Shown here: piece after piece, positions 9,176 to 18,416 of the stretch
How the letters are laid out: every line of letters starts with the position of its first letter
Position numbering within the stretch: position 1 is the first letter of the stretch
Source of the DNA: Tortispora ganteri
Lineage: Eukaryota
DNA length: 20,000 nucleotides
Assembly (NCBI GenBank): GCA_003707115.1
Contig: PPNB01000032.1
Span: forward strand, 48,319-68,318
Direction of reading: 5' to 3'
Made by a program: the position numbers and the translations under genes
Notes under the pieces: model-generated
The model's input: the letters and a program-made list of their open reading frames with translations, nothing else
The model's database searches: none
Told to the model about the DNA's origin: nothing

Positions 9176-12025
9176 ATGTCATCTGATACAGCGCAACGAC
9201 CCTTGCGCGAAGAAGAGCATTCCTCCCTCAACTCGGCCTTCTTCGGCAGACTCTACCCTTCCTCTACTGCATCCGCCGGTAACCCACCCAGACCCCAGTC
9301 ACCTATGGCTGTTCACAACAGACAGCCGCAGATCCCGCCACTGTCACCTTCACTCAACTTAGACTCTGATCTCCTTCTCAAGTACGCTCAGCGACCACCC
9401 TCACCTCAGCACTCGCACGCTCCGCTCACACATCCACAACGTGACCCGGACCCTGCATTGTACCCATTCATACCAAATGCCCCCTCAATCGACCCGCCTG
9501 ACTCTCGCCGTAACTCCCGTTCGCAGTTCTCTCGCCTTAGTTCAATGTTACCATCATCGAAATCATTTCGCTTCTCGCATAGACCGTCTTCAGCGAATCG
9601 CCAGCGCGAAGTCGACGATTTCGACGACGACGACGACTACCCTAGCAAGGCCGGTAACATGAACTTCCCCTCCTCGAACCTTCAAATCCTCCAGAGTCAT
9701 CAGCACGATCTTGGCAGATACCCGCAGCTCGACGCAACCGGCATGTCCATGCGCTCGATTGATTCTACCGCTCCCTTCATTCCCTCTATTGGCGAGAGCC
9801 ACCTCCCTACCACCCCGCTCCGCCGTGACATCATGGAACACCAGCAGGCAGAGCGCATGATGCGCATGAGGTCCGGTCAGAACTCTAGGCGAAGTAACAA
9901 CGGCGCTGGTTCGTCTGTAGGAATGTACCCGCTTCCTCCTCACAGCGCTCCCCCGGGACCGTACTACCAGCAGCCCAACGCTATGCCGCACTATGGTGCT
10001 GGCTATCATAATGGTCCAGGACCGTCCCCTCAAGTATATCCTCCACAACATTACGCGGCGTACCCTCAGCCTCAAGGTCCTATGCCACGCTATCCTGCAC
10101 CACCACCAAACCAGCAGCTACCGCCTAACGGTTTGCGCCCTAAAATTAGCCCCTACCCACTGCGGCAAAACCCAGCTGTTCCCTACTCAGATTCACCGGG
10201 CAATTCTGAACCACAGGAAAACTTACAGCCCCCGCAGGAACGCCTGAAAACCGAACTCGATGATTCGCCGAAATGTTTCAGTCGCGCCACTGGGCCCAAA
10301 GACGGTCCACGCAAGCCTGATAGTTTAGACAACGTGACTTACAGAGATGACACAAATACAGGCTCGGTTCCTTCTCTGACTACAGCCTCTGTTTCGTCTC
10401 CATCTGTGCCTGAAACATATGAGGAGGATATTCGAAACCTCACAATAGAACTAGCAGACTCTTTGAAGCGCGAAAGTCAGCTGGAAAGCCTCGTACAAGA
10501 ACTTGGTGGTGTGCTTCCTGCATCTTCAGCCCGTCGTAGATCGTTGCTGGATTCTCTGAGCTTACCGTCATCAAAGGGCTCGCCGTTGACTCCAGGTGCT
10601 AAAGACCTTGCGGACGGCGGCTTGAATATGTCACTCTCTGATTCAGTAGAGACTTTCTACTTGAATGAATCTGGCTCGCCTGTCAAGATCTCGTCAAAGT
10701 CTCGCATAGTGTCCTCCAGAGAACTTATCCTGGAAAAGAAATTGCGTCAGGAGGCGCAGGAAAAGTCTCAGATGCGAATTGACCTGCTTGCACGCATTGA
10801 GGAAGAGACAAATGCCCGAAAAGCGCTGGAAGCCAAACTTAAAGACCAGGAAGACCTGAAAACGGTCCCTGTTAATGGCAACTCTGAAGAGTTGTCGGCG
10901 CTTGCATCAATCGAGCTTCAGAAAGAGAACGAGCTTCTTAAAAAGCGCCTAGAGGGAATTGAGATGTATTACAGTGAAGAGTTCCAGACGAAGCTGTATA
11001 ATTCTATCTCCAATGAGAACAGTGGAGAACTGCCGAAGTCTGCCCTTATTACACATTCGAATAACAATAGATCCTCTGCGTCAGTTATGGGACAGATTTT
11101 TGCTAACGCTGAGCCGCCAGTGCTTCTTGAGCACATATCGCAGCTGGAATCAGCTAGACAGTGCTTAAAATCAGTTGTGTTGTCTTGTACAAAGCGCGAA
11201 CAACTGCTAAAGGAAGGTTATGAGAAGCGTTTGGCTCATTACGAGAACGCGCTTGCACTTGAACGAAGTCGCGTTGAATTATACAGCCGAGCGCGGAAGC
11301 CGCCGGCATATGTGCGTGAAGTTTCACTTGCACTGCTTGAAACAAAGAGACTAGTTCAAGCGAGTGCCGCTGATATCGAGATTCTCGCTAGCTTGACAGA
11401 CAAACCGGCAGTTGATTCGTTGTTGGTTGAACAGGTGAAAAGAATCAGGAATGTTGTTGAAGAAACGGGAAAGTATCTGAACGACAAAACTGCTGTGCTT
11501 GAGGGTACTTTGCAAGAGGAAGACCTTGAAGAGATGGAACCTGTACTATTGGAATCCGCATACCGTTTGCTACAGGAAGCGTATGCGAATGCATTAGACC
11601 GGATTGATCTGCTTGAAGGCGGCTCTTCTATTAAAATGGAGTTGCTTCCACCTTCGTTAAGCTCGAATATGCGCAACGAGAAGCGGAGGTCTGCTATTCT
11701 GAAGAGTCCTGCTCTGCAATGGGCGATACAGAATAGCCCAGACCGACGACGTGGATCTAAACGGATATCACGGATGTCCACAGCGATCAACTCAGTACAT
11801 ATTAGTGGCACGACGCCTCCTGTGCCTACTACGCCTAAGGAAGTGTCAGTACTAAAAGAGAGAATTGAAGAGCTCGAAGATAGTTTAAAGAAATCTGAAT
11901 CTGAGATGCGTGAAGTTGTGGAAAGGATGCAAACTGCGCAGATTGAGTGTTTATCGCTTGTGAACGAACGTGATGCTGCAATTATCCATATTCAACAACT
12001 TGTCGCACAACAGCAAGAAGAATGA
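9176..12025 (+). CDS. Uncharacterised fungal protein: Pro/Gln/Ser-rich disordered N-terminal half and coiled-coil C-terminal half
   Basis: 949-aa uninterrupted ORF with a low-complexity N-terminus (PPGPYYQQP, PAPPPNQQLPP). Heptad-like E/K/L-rich segments include EDIRNLTIELADSLKRESQLESLV, EKKLRQEAQEKSQMRIDL and ERIEELEDSLKKSESEMREVVERMQTAQ. Confidence 0.85.
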   Translation: MSSDTAQRPLREEEHSSLNSAFFGRLYPSSTASAGNPPRPQSPMAVHNRQPQIPPLSPSLNLDSDLLLKYAQRPPSPQHSHAPLTHPQRDPDPALYPFIPNAPSIDPPDSRRNSRSQFSRLSSMLPSSKSFRFSHRPSSANRQREVDDFDDDDDYPSKAGNMNFPSSNLQILQSHQHDLGRYPQLDATGMSMRSIDSTAPFIPSIGESHLPTTPLRRDIMEHQQAERMMRMRSGQNSRRSNNGAGSSVGMYPLPPHSAPPGPYYQQPNAMPHYGAGYHNGPGPSPQVYPPQHYAAYPQPQGPMPRYPAPPPNQQLPPNGLRPKISPYPLRQNPAVPYSDSPGNSEPQENLQPPQERLKTELDDSPKCFSRATGPKDGPRKPDSLDNVTYRDDTNTGSVPSLTTASVSSPSVPETYEEDIRNLTIELADSLKRESQLESLVQELGGVLPASSARRRSLLDSLSLPSSKGSPLTPGAKDLADGGLNMSLSDSVETFYLNESGSPVKISSKSRIVSSRELILEKKLRQEAQEKSQMRIDLLARIEEETNARKALEAKLKDQEDLKTVPVNGNSEELSALASIELQKENELLKKRLEGIEMYYSEEFQTKLYNSISNENSGELPKSALITHSNNNRSSASVMGQIFANAEPPVLLEHISQLESARQCLKSVVLSCTKREQLLKEGYEKRLAHYENALALERSRVELYSRARKPPAYVREVSLALLETKRLVQASAADIEILASLTDKPAVDSLLVEQVKRIRNVVEETGKYLNDKTAVLEGTLQEEDLEEMEPVLLESAYRLLQEAYANALDRIDLLEGGSSIKMELLPPSLSSNMRNEKRRSAILKSPALQWAIQNSPDRRRGSKRISRMSTAINSVHISGTTPPVPTTPKEVSVLKERIEELEDSLKKSESEMREVVERMQTAQIECLSLVNERDAAIIHIQQLVAQQQEE

Positions 12026-12091
12026 ATTAACGGCAACTATGAAAATCGCATATACGATACGGTCATGGTTTGAAATGTAATTAATGTATGT

Positions 12092-13222
12092 TTATATTTT
12101 CGACTTATCGAGATTAGGTAGAATTGTATGAGAAATCTGGCTTTCACGAGGGATTTTATCATATTCCTTGAACTTGTCGATGAACTTCTGGATATTGTCC
12201 AGGACAAAAGGTGCGACAAGCTGAGCGTACTTTGTTGGCTGTTCCATAGGTATAAGATGCGATCCATCTTCTAGGAGAAATATAGTGAGATGTTCTGGTG
12301 GTATAACTTTCGTTACGGCTTTAGACATAGGCAAAGCGAAGGATTTAGTGCCATATACAAAACAAACGTTGGTACGTAAGGTGTGCAACTTATTAAACAC
12401 TTCCAATGGTTCAGGACGACGCGAACCGTTTACCGAAAAGTCCAGTTTGTGCTCTTCAAGGATATATCCCCATACTTCTTGTGCCTTTGGATATGTAAGT
12501 ACGAAATTCTGTGGAGTAGCTTCTGGGTGTGCTAGTGTAGGTCCAGGTCGGACACCGTAGGTTTTGTGACGCAACAATACACGTGGATCCCACCGTTTGT
12601 AGAAAGGACGAGAATCAAAAAACCTATCAGATTCTTGTTTTGAAGGCCAGACTTCTCTGCGTAGAGCAGAGTTCCTGCTGGTGGCGTCGGATGGGTTACT
12701 AAAATATTTGTCTGGTGCAATCATTGGTTCACATGCTACGACGCCAGCTAATAGTTGTGGGATATTCACCGCTAGATGAACCATTTGATTACCACCCATT
12801 GAGTGACCAACAGCTATAATTGGTCCAGTTGGACAGTAAGATTGCAAGACAAGGTATGCATCATTTGGCAAATCATCCCATGAAACTACATCGCCGATCA
12901 TGGACTCGTTTAAGCAGTACGATTCTGCAGCGTAAGGCGCATCAAGGATCAATACACGCTCAATTTTAATATCAGGTTTAATAGCTAACATTGCATCAAC
13001 AAGATCATCAAAAAATGGTTCGTATAATTCCTTATGAAATCCATTGGCGTGTGCACATATAAAAGTGACCCCGCCAGGTTGAGATCCATTCTTGGGCGTC
13101 AATTCAGATACAACTAACTTCAAACGATCGCTGTGTTTGCGTGTAGATCGTGCATACTTTCGTGGGTATGATGCATCAAAAACTCGTTTCTTTTTATTAA
13201 AATGTTTTAATGACAGATTCAT
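12092..13222 (-). CDS. Alpha/beta-fold hydrolase (Lpx1-like), probably peroxisomal
   Basis: The ORF track starts at a TTG (13234); the first ATG is at 13222 (MNLSLKHF..., 376 aa). Motifs: HANGFHKELYEP, nucleophile elbow GHSMGG, catalytic His in SHLIPMEQP. The C-terminus -SKI is a PTS1 variant. Confidence 0.85.
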   Translation of the reverse strand: MNLSLKHFNKKKRVFDASYPRKYARSTRKHSDRLKLVVSELTPKNGSQPGGVTFICAHANGFHKELYEPFFDDLVDAMLAIKPDIKIERVLILDAPYAAESYCLNESMIGDVVSWDDLPNDAYLVLQSYCPTGPIIAVGHSMGGNQMVHLAVNIPQLLAGVVACEPMIAPDKYFSNPSDATSRNSALRREVWPSKQESDRFFDSRPFYKRWDPRVLLRHKTYGVRPGPTLAHPEATPQNFVLTYPKAQEVWGYILEEHKLDFSVNGSRRPEPLEVFNKLHTLRTNVCFVYGTKSFALPMSKAVTKVIPPEHLTIFLLEDGSHLIPMEQPTKYAQLVAPFVLDNIQKFIDKFKEYDKIPRESQISHTILPNLDKSKI

Positions 13223-13517
13223 GTCGATTACCAAACAGCGCTGGCATGTACGAAACTAATGCAGGAGATGAGCGGGGGTGGGGGAGATGGTGTTTAATTC
13301 ATTCAGCCGCACACTTTTTACCCGAGGTTATTATTATCTTTCCCACAAATATTCACCTTTTTCTACTAAACTATACCACAACAACAATAATGCAACATAT
13401 TACACAAGCTCATTATTTCTGAACCACTATTATTCATTTTGTACGCTTTTTACAAAAAGCCTTTTAACTCTTATAATGGCTAATATGCCAGCTGCATATA
13501 CTGGTTCGCCACCTTAC

Positions 13518-14160
13518 TGAGTCAACTCGCAAATCACCGCTACAAGAAGCAAACAATACTAAAATCACCGCAGTTAACTATATCGGCATCTTTCATTGTG
13601 TGAAAATAATTACCGAATGTACCGCCTTGCTTCACCTTTCAAAATGCTGAACCATTAGCTGCTCGTTTCCGCAGTTACTATTTAGAGTTTCTATGCAAAT
13701 TTAATGGCACCGCGGCACTTTGGCCGTTTCTGGCACTAATACACATAACTAATGCCTATCGTTGCTACTGCTGCCGCCGCAAACACTATCATCTACTCTA
13801 AATATCTGCAAACTGTTCCCTACCTGGCAATCTTGCCAGCATGAATTCAACTTTACGGGAACTTCAAACTTGACATATCGGTTACCCTCTATACGCGCGG
13901 TATCATCGCTCCTAATATGGTACAGATGCGCTTAATGCGCACGCTCTAGGCTTCGGGATCTACGATTTTAGGCTTGAGGTGTATACTGCCACCTCTTCTC
14001 AACCAATCACACTCCTTTAGTTAGTCCCATCACCGCTCTATACGCGATAAGCGATTATCACGTGACTTTAAAGTTGCCTTAATCTTCACTTTCCGCAGTT
14101 TTGCTCTGAATGGATATCACCGTAGTAGAAGCTTATCGCTCTAATGGAAAACTATAAGTA
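13518..14160. promoter_or_regulatory. Divergent promoter (hydrolase / amine oxidase) with repeated motifs
   Basis: TGAGTCA 13518-13524. ATCACCG at 13533, 13564, 14029 and 14116. CCGCAGTT at 13568, 13669 and 14093. CTCTATACGCG at 13887 and 14036. GATAAG 14046, CTTATC 14132, TCACGTGAC 14058-14066, and TATAAG 14153. Confidence 0.5.
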
Positions 14161-14208
14161 CCCTTCTATCCGCCACTGGTTTTCCTTACTAATCGGCTGT
14201 CTGGAACA

Positions 14209-16194
14209 ATGGTTCATCCTCTATCACCGCTCTCCATCGAAGAGATCAACTACGCGACTTCAATCGTTAAAAAGGCGCACCCGGACAAGCAGGTTCTCAT
14301 CAAGGCATGCTCTCTGGAAGAACCTCCCAAGGCATTCATGGTGCCCTACCTTGAAGCCGAGAAGAAAGGCCGTCCTTTGCTGGCCCCTCCTCGACGCGCT
14401 TATGTGCCTTTCTACTACAAAGGCACTAGTGAGTTCTTTGACTGCATCGTCAACTTGACTTCCGGTCAGCTAGAGACTCGCACTGCCGTTGCTTCCGGCT
14501 TCCACGCTCACTTGGACGTCGACGAGCTTCGCGAGATCGAGGAACTTTGCATGAAACACCCTGATGTCATTGCTCGCATTTCCACTATTGGTCTTCCCGA
14601 CGACTGGGAGGCGACATGCGATCCCTGGATCTTTGGCAATGACGGATCAGAGCTCGCAAAGACCCGTCTTTTCCAGATCTTCATGTACGCTCGCCCCAAA
14701 TCTCAACCTGATGCTAACCACTATGCGCATCCTTTGGCTTTCTCTCCTATTTTTGAGACCGCCACTCAAAAGCTCGTCACCATCCAGGAGCTCCCTACCG
14801 GCATCGACGACACGCTCAAGGCCACTAAACCCTTTGTCCCCAGCTTCGTCACCAACTCTTACCTCCCTGAAGATCAACCCTCTCTTCGCCCCTTGAAGCC
14901 TCTCCGCGTCATTCAGCCAGAGGGTGCCTCTTACACTATCAAGGACGGCCGCATGGAATGGCAGGGTTGGTCCTTCTTTATCTCTCTTAACTACAGAGAA
15001 GGTCCCGTTCTCCACGATATTTCTTTCAAGGGCCGTTCGATTGCCTATCGCATGGCTTTATCTGATATGGCTGTACCCTATGGTGATCCTCGCCAGCCTT
15101 TCCTTCGTAAGGAGGCCTTTGATCTAGGTGATGCTGGTGCTGGTAACACTGCCAACAACCTCGAGCTTGGCTGTGACTGTCTTGGTAATATAACCTATCT
15201 TGATTTGCCCCTAGTCGATGCCAATGGAACTGGTCATCTTTCTAAGAATGTTTTGTGTATCCATGAAGAGGATAATGGTATTGGCTGGAAACATACCAAC
15301 TACAGGACCAACAGAGCATGCGTTGTCCGCAACCGTGAGCTCGTCCTCCAGACGATCATTACTGTCGCCAACTATGAGTACATCCTCATGTTCCGCTTCA
15401 GCCAGGCTGCTGATATTACGTATGAAGTTCGCGCTACCGGTATCCTTTCGACTCAGCCGATTGACGAGGGTATCACTGATTGCCCCTTCGGAACTGTTGT
15501 TCATCCTCAAGTCCTTGCACCAGTTCACCAGCATATCTTCTGTTTGCGTTTAGACCCCGCTATTGATGGCCATCAAAATTCTGTCGTCTACCAGGAAACC
15601 GAGCTGCTACCGTTTGACGAAAATCCTTACCGCACCGGTTACAAGACTGTTACCACTCTTGCCGAGAAGGCTGGTGGATATGACCTCAACTGGGAACGTA
15701 ACCGTACTTTCAAGGTGATAAATCCGAATGTGCTGAACCCTGTTAACAAACAGCCTGTCGCTTACAAGATCCACCTTCCTGTGACGCAACACCTTGTATC
15801 TGACCCTACTTCCTCTCAGTATATCCGTGCTGAGTTTGCTGACCACCATATCTATGTCACCAAGTACCGCGATGGTGAGTTTTACGCTGGTGGAAAGCAC
15901 ACCAACCAGTCGCCCGGTGGTGCTGGACTGAAATCTTTTATTCGTCCAACCGACCGAATCGTCAACGAAGACATTGTTCTCTGGATTCAAATGGGACTGC
16001 AGCACGTTCCGCGCATTGAAGACTTCCCTGTAATGCCCATTGAAGACTTGAAGTGCGTTCTCCGTCCTGTAAATTTCTTCGATAAGAATCCTGCGCTGGA
16101 TGTGCCTCCTAGCTCGCAGACCTTCAATAAAAGTACATTGGAGACTGGTGCCGTCTCTGGTTCTGAAGTGTCCTCGTGCTGCCAGAAGCTATAG
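14209..16194 (+). CDS. Copper-containing (TPQ) primary amine oxidase, probably peroxisomal
   Basis: 661 aa. HPLSPLSIEEI start, MAVPYGDPR, AFDLGD (catalytic Asp), LELGCDCLG, TVANYEY (TPQ consensus), HQH copper ligands and HVPRIEDFPVMP. The C-terminus -QKL is PTS1-like. Confidence 0.96.
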   Translation: MVHPLSPLSIEEINYATSIVKKAHPDKQVLIKACSLEEPPKAFMVPYLEAEKKGRPLLAPPRRAYVPFYYKGTSEFFDCIVNLTSGQLETRTAVASGFHAHLDVDELREIEELCMKHPDVIARISTIGLPDDWEATCDPWIFGNDGSELAKTRLFQIFMYARPKSQPDANHYAHPLAFSPIFETATQKLVTIQELPTGIDDTLKATKPFVPSFVTNSYLPEDQPSLRPLKPLRVIQPEGASYTIKDGRMEWQGWSFFISLNYREGPVLHDISFKGRSIAYRMALSDMAVPYGDPRQPFLRKEAFDLGDAGAGNTANNLELGCDCLGNITYLDLPLVDANGTGHLSKNVLCIHEEDNGIGWKHTNYRTNRACVVRNRELVLQTIITVANYEYILMFRFSQAADITYEVRATGILSTQPIDEGITDCPFGTVVHPQVLAPVHQHIFCLRLDPAIDGHQNSVVYQETELLPFDENPYRTGYKTVTTLAEKAGGYDLNWERNRTFKVINPNVLNPVNKQPVAYKIHLPVTQHLVSDPTSSQYIRAEFADHHIYVTKYRDGEFYAGGKHTNQSPGGAGLKSFIRPTDRIVNEDIVLWIQMGLQHVPRIEDFPVMPIEDLKCVLRPVNFFDKNPALDVPPSSQTFNKSTLETGAVSGSEVSSCCQKL

Positions 16195-16279
16195 TGTGGA
16201 ATATTCGGTTTAGAATGTTTAATATTGGTATATATATATCTTCAACTAATTCATTTAAAAACCCTTACGTTATAGTCTA

Positions 16280-18109
16280 TTATGATACACGGCGTTCCAG
16301 TATGAGATCTCCTAAAGGTGTCTCGCTGAGTCCTGTGGAATGTTCGTAGATGGTTTTTCCGCGAAGTATCGTTTCCATTACGCGGCCTCTTAGACGCATT
16401 CCCACGTACGGGCTGATCTTGTTCTTGTAGTAAACTTGGTCGAGAAGGAGCGGCTCATCAGCGAAAGTCGCGTCGAAAATTACAATATCGGCATCCTTGC
16501 CCTCAGTGAGCGATCCCTTACGGTGGATGAGCCCAGCTTGCACAGATGTATTGTAAGAAGTCCATCTCCATATTGAAAGTAGAATATCGTTTATCTCTGA
16601 TTCAGTGGGCGTTGAGTCGTCGATGAAACTGTACGATCTGCCGGGAGACCGGCCTGGTGATCTTCCCGGTGACGATCCAGGAGATATTCCTAAAGTGTTT
16701 GAGCCCGTAAACATGGAAACACTATCAAAGAAAGCCTTTCGCGGGTTCGGAACTGCTTTCTTCTGCGGTAATGGTGGATGGTAGTGACCAATTCCAGCGC
16801 TCTCTTCACCTATATCTTCCTCGAGACCTGCGCGACGTAAGCATTCAGTCCAAAGAATACGCAGACCAAGGCCTACAGATGATATACCGCCCCATGATGA
16901 AAAAAAGTCACCTTTGCTAAGACCCTTGAGTTCGGGTGTACAAGGGGAATGATCACTGACGACTGTGCGAAGGACAGGGCCAAACGGCTGTTGCAGCTGC
17001 GTCAGACCTGTAGACTGCAATGCGCCGGAGGGGGACGCTGAGCCGTTTGAAAGAGGCGGCGTAAGCGAGGACGGTGAGCCGCTGAACCCTGCTACTGTCT
17101 GCATGTTGGCAAATGACTGTCTGCGACTCAAGATTCCTTTGTTTTCGATGGATCGTATTAGGCCATCCCAGAGAGCTTCCTGATTATCAGCTGTGCGGAT
17201 GGGCGGACAGCATTTAAGATCAGTACGGGAATCCGGGATCGACTCAGCAGCAAATGTAAGGTAATGGAAACATGTTTCTGCAGTAATTCTGACACCATCT
17301 GCACGAGCTTCTTCGAGAGTCTGTAGCGCCTCTGCAGCAGATAGGTGCACTACGTGCAAATTAAGGCGAGGTGCATTCTTTGCTAGCGCACATATCATGC
17401 TAATAGCGTATGTCTCAAAGCTTGGTGGACGTGACTCTAAAAAGGTCTTGTAAGCGGTGATGGGGCCTGTAGGTTGGAGAGGAGGTTGTGAATGCATGAC
17501 AGCGTCACCAACAGAGTTGGAAATTGGCGGTAAAAATTCTGCATGAAACATCAGAATTGTAGGTTGGTCAGCAAGTACTGACATTGCCTCAATAATATCA
17601 TTTTCGTTAACTGCGGGAAACTCGTCTACGCCGGAGTCAATCATGAAACATTTGAACCCGCGGATTCCTGCATCGATCAATGGAAGTAAGTCTTTAGAAT
17701 TACCTGGAACGACACCACCCCAAAAACCGACATCGACCCAACACTGACCCTGAGCTGCGTCAATCTTGCGCTTAAAATTGTCTAAAGTAGTCGTTGGCGG
17801 TATGGCATTCAAAGGCATATCAATGACAGTAGTAACCCCTCCAGCAGCCGCAGACATAGTACCAGTGCGGAATCCTTCCCAGTCTGTACGACCTGGTTCA
17901 TTGAGATGAACATGCGCGTCTACAAGACCAGGCATGACGACATACTCGCCATAGTCATCGAACTTGACCCGATCACCGAGTCGGGCATAATCGGCAGCAG
18001 ATGACCGTTGCGGCAGCACAGCATCTATCTTGCCCGCATCATTTATAATAATAGTTCCAGGTTGAATTTGACCTCCATACAATATACGACGACCGGTTAT
18101 TACTCTCAT
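16280..18109 (-). CDS. DAL1: Allantoinase (amidohydrolase superfamily) with two low-complexity insertions
   Basis: 609 aa. PGLVDAHVHLNEPGRTDWEGF, GGVTTVIDMPLNAIPPT, GFKCFMIDSGVDEFP, HAE, HVVHLS, AETCFHYL, KCCPPIR, SDHSPC, WGGISSVGLG and GKDADIVIFD. Confidence 0.95.
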   Translation of the reverse strand: MRVITGRRILYGGQIQPGTIIINDAGKIDAVLPQRSSAADYARLGDRVKFDDYGEYVVMPGLVDAHVHLNEPGRTDWEGFRTGTMSAAAGGVTTVIDMPLNAIPPTTTLDNFKRKIDAAQGQCWVDVGFWGGVVPGNSKDLLPLIDAGIRGFKCFMIDSGVDEFPAVNENDIIEAMSVLADQPTILMFHAEFLPPISNSVGDAVMHSQPPLQPTGPITAYKTFLESRPPSFETYAISMICALAKNAPRLNLHVVHLSAAEALQTLEEARADGVRITAETCFHYLTFAAESIPDSRTDLKCCPPIRTADNQEALWDGLIRSIENKGILSRRQSFANMQTVAGFSGSPSSLTPPLSNGSASPSGALQSTGLTQLQQPFGPVLRTVVSDHSPCTPELKGLSKGDFFSSWGGISSVGLGLRILWTECLRRAGLEEDIGEESAGIGHYHPPLPQKKAVPNPRKAFFDSVSMFTGSNTLGISPGSSPGRSPGRSPGRSYSFIDDSTPTESEINDILLSIWRWTSYNTSVQAGLIHRKGSLTEGKDADIVIFDATFADEPLLLDQVYYKNKISPYVGMRLRGRVMETILRGKTIYEHSTGLSETPLGDLILERRVS

Positions 18110-18345
18110 TACAATTAGTTAGTGATAATCACAGTTTGCACTAAGACTTTAGTTATGCATACAAAATCACAAAGATAGAATAACAAAAGGAATAGAGGTC
18201 AAAACAGATATAAATAGCTAACTTTGCAATTTATTCAAGCTCAAACTCAGAAATTAAAAACTATAGTATCTGTTAATTTTGAAATTCTTATAAAAAAAGA
18301 ATTCAAAAGCGATTCTAGCAAGTTTTGGCAAAAGAAAAAATCACT

Positions 18346-18416
18346 TCGGAGTTATCCGTTCCTCGATAAGAGTGTTGTTTTCTCAGTTTAACCATAAAAG
18401 TATAATTTCGGATAAA
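18346..18416. promoter_or_regulatory. Putative Zn2Cys6 (UaY/Ppr1-type) site plus GATA sites upstream of DAL1
   Basis: TCGG-AGTTAT-CCGT at 18346-18359 (CGG-N6-CCG) with an overlapping TTATC at 18352-18356. GATAAG 18365-18370 and GATAAA 18411-18416. Confidence 0.55.

Noticed and set aside
8286..9362. Short ORFs between trpB and the 949-aa gene as a possible trpA remnant
   Set aside because: No TrpA motifs (e.g. ELGxPFSDPxADGP) are visible in the listed ORFs; the region is AT-rich or pyrimidine-rich promoter sequence.
14144..14458. Out-of-frame ATG ORF starting 65 nt upstream of the amine oxidase start
   Set aside because: Its ATG lies upstream of the TATA-like TATAAG at 14153, so it is probably not in the mRNA, and the product is featureless.
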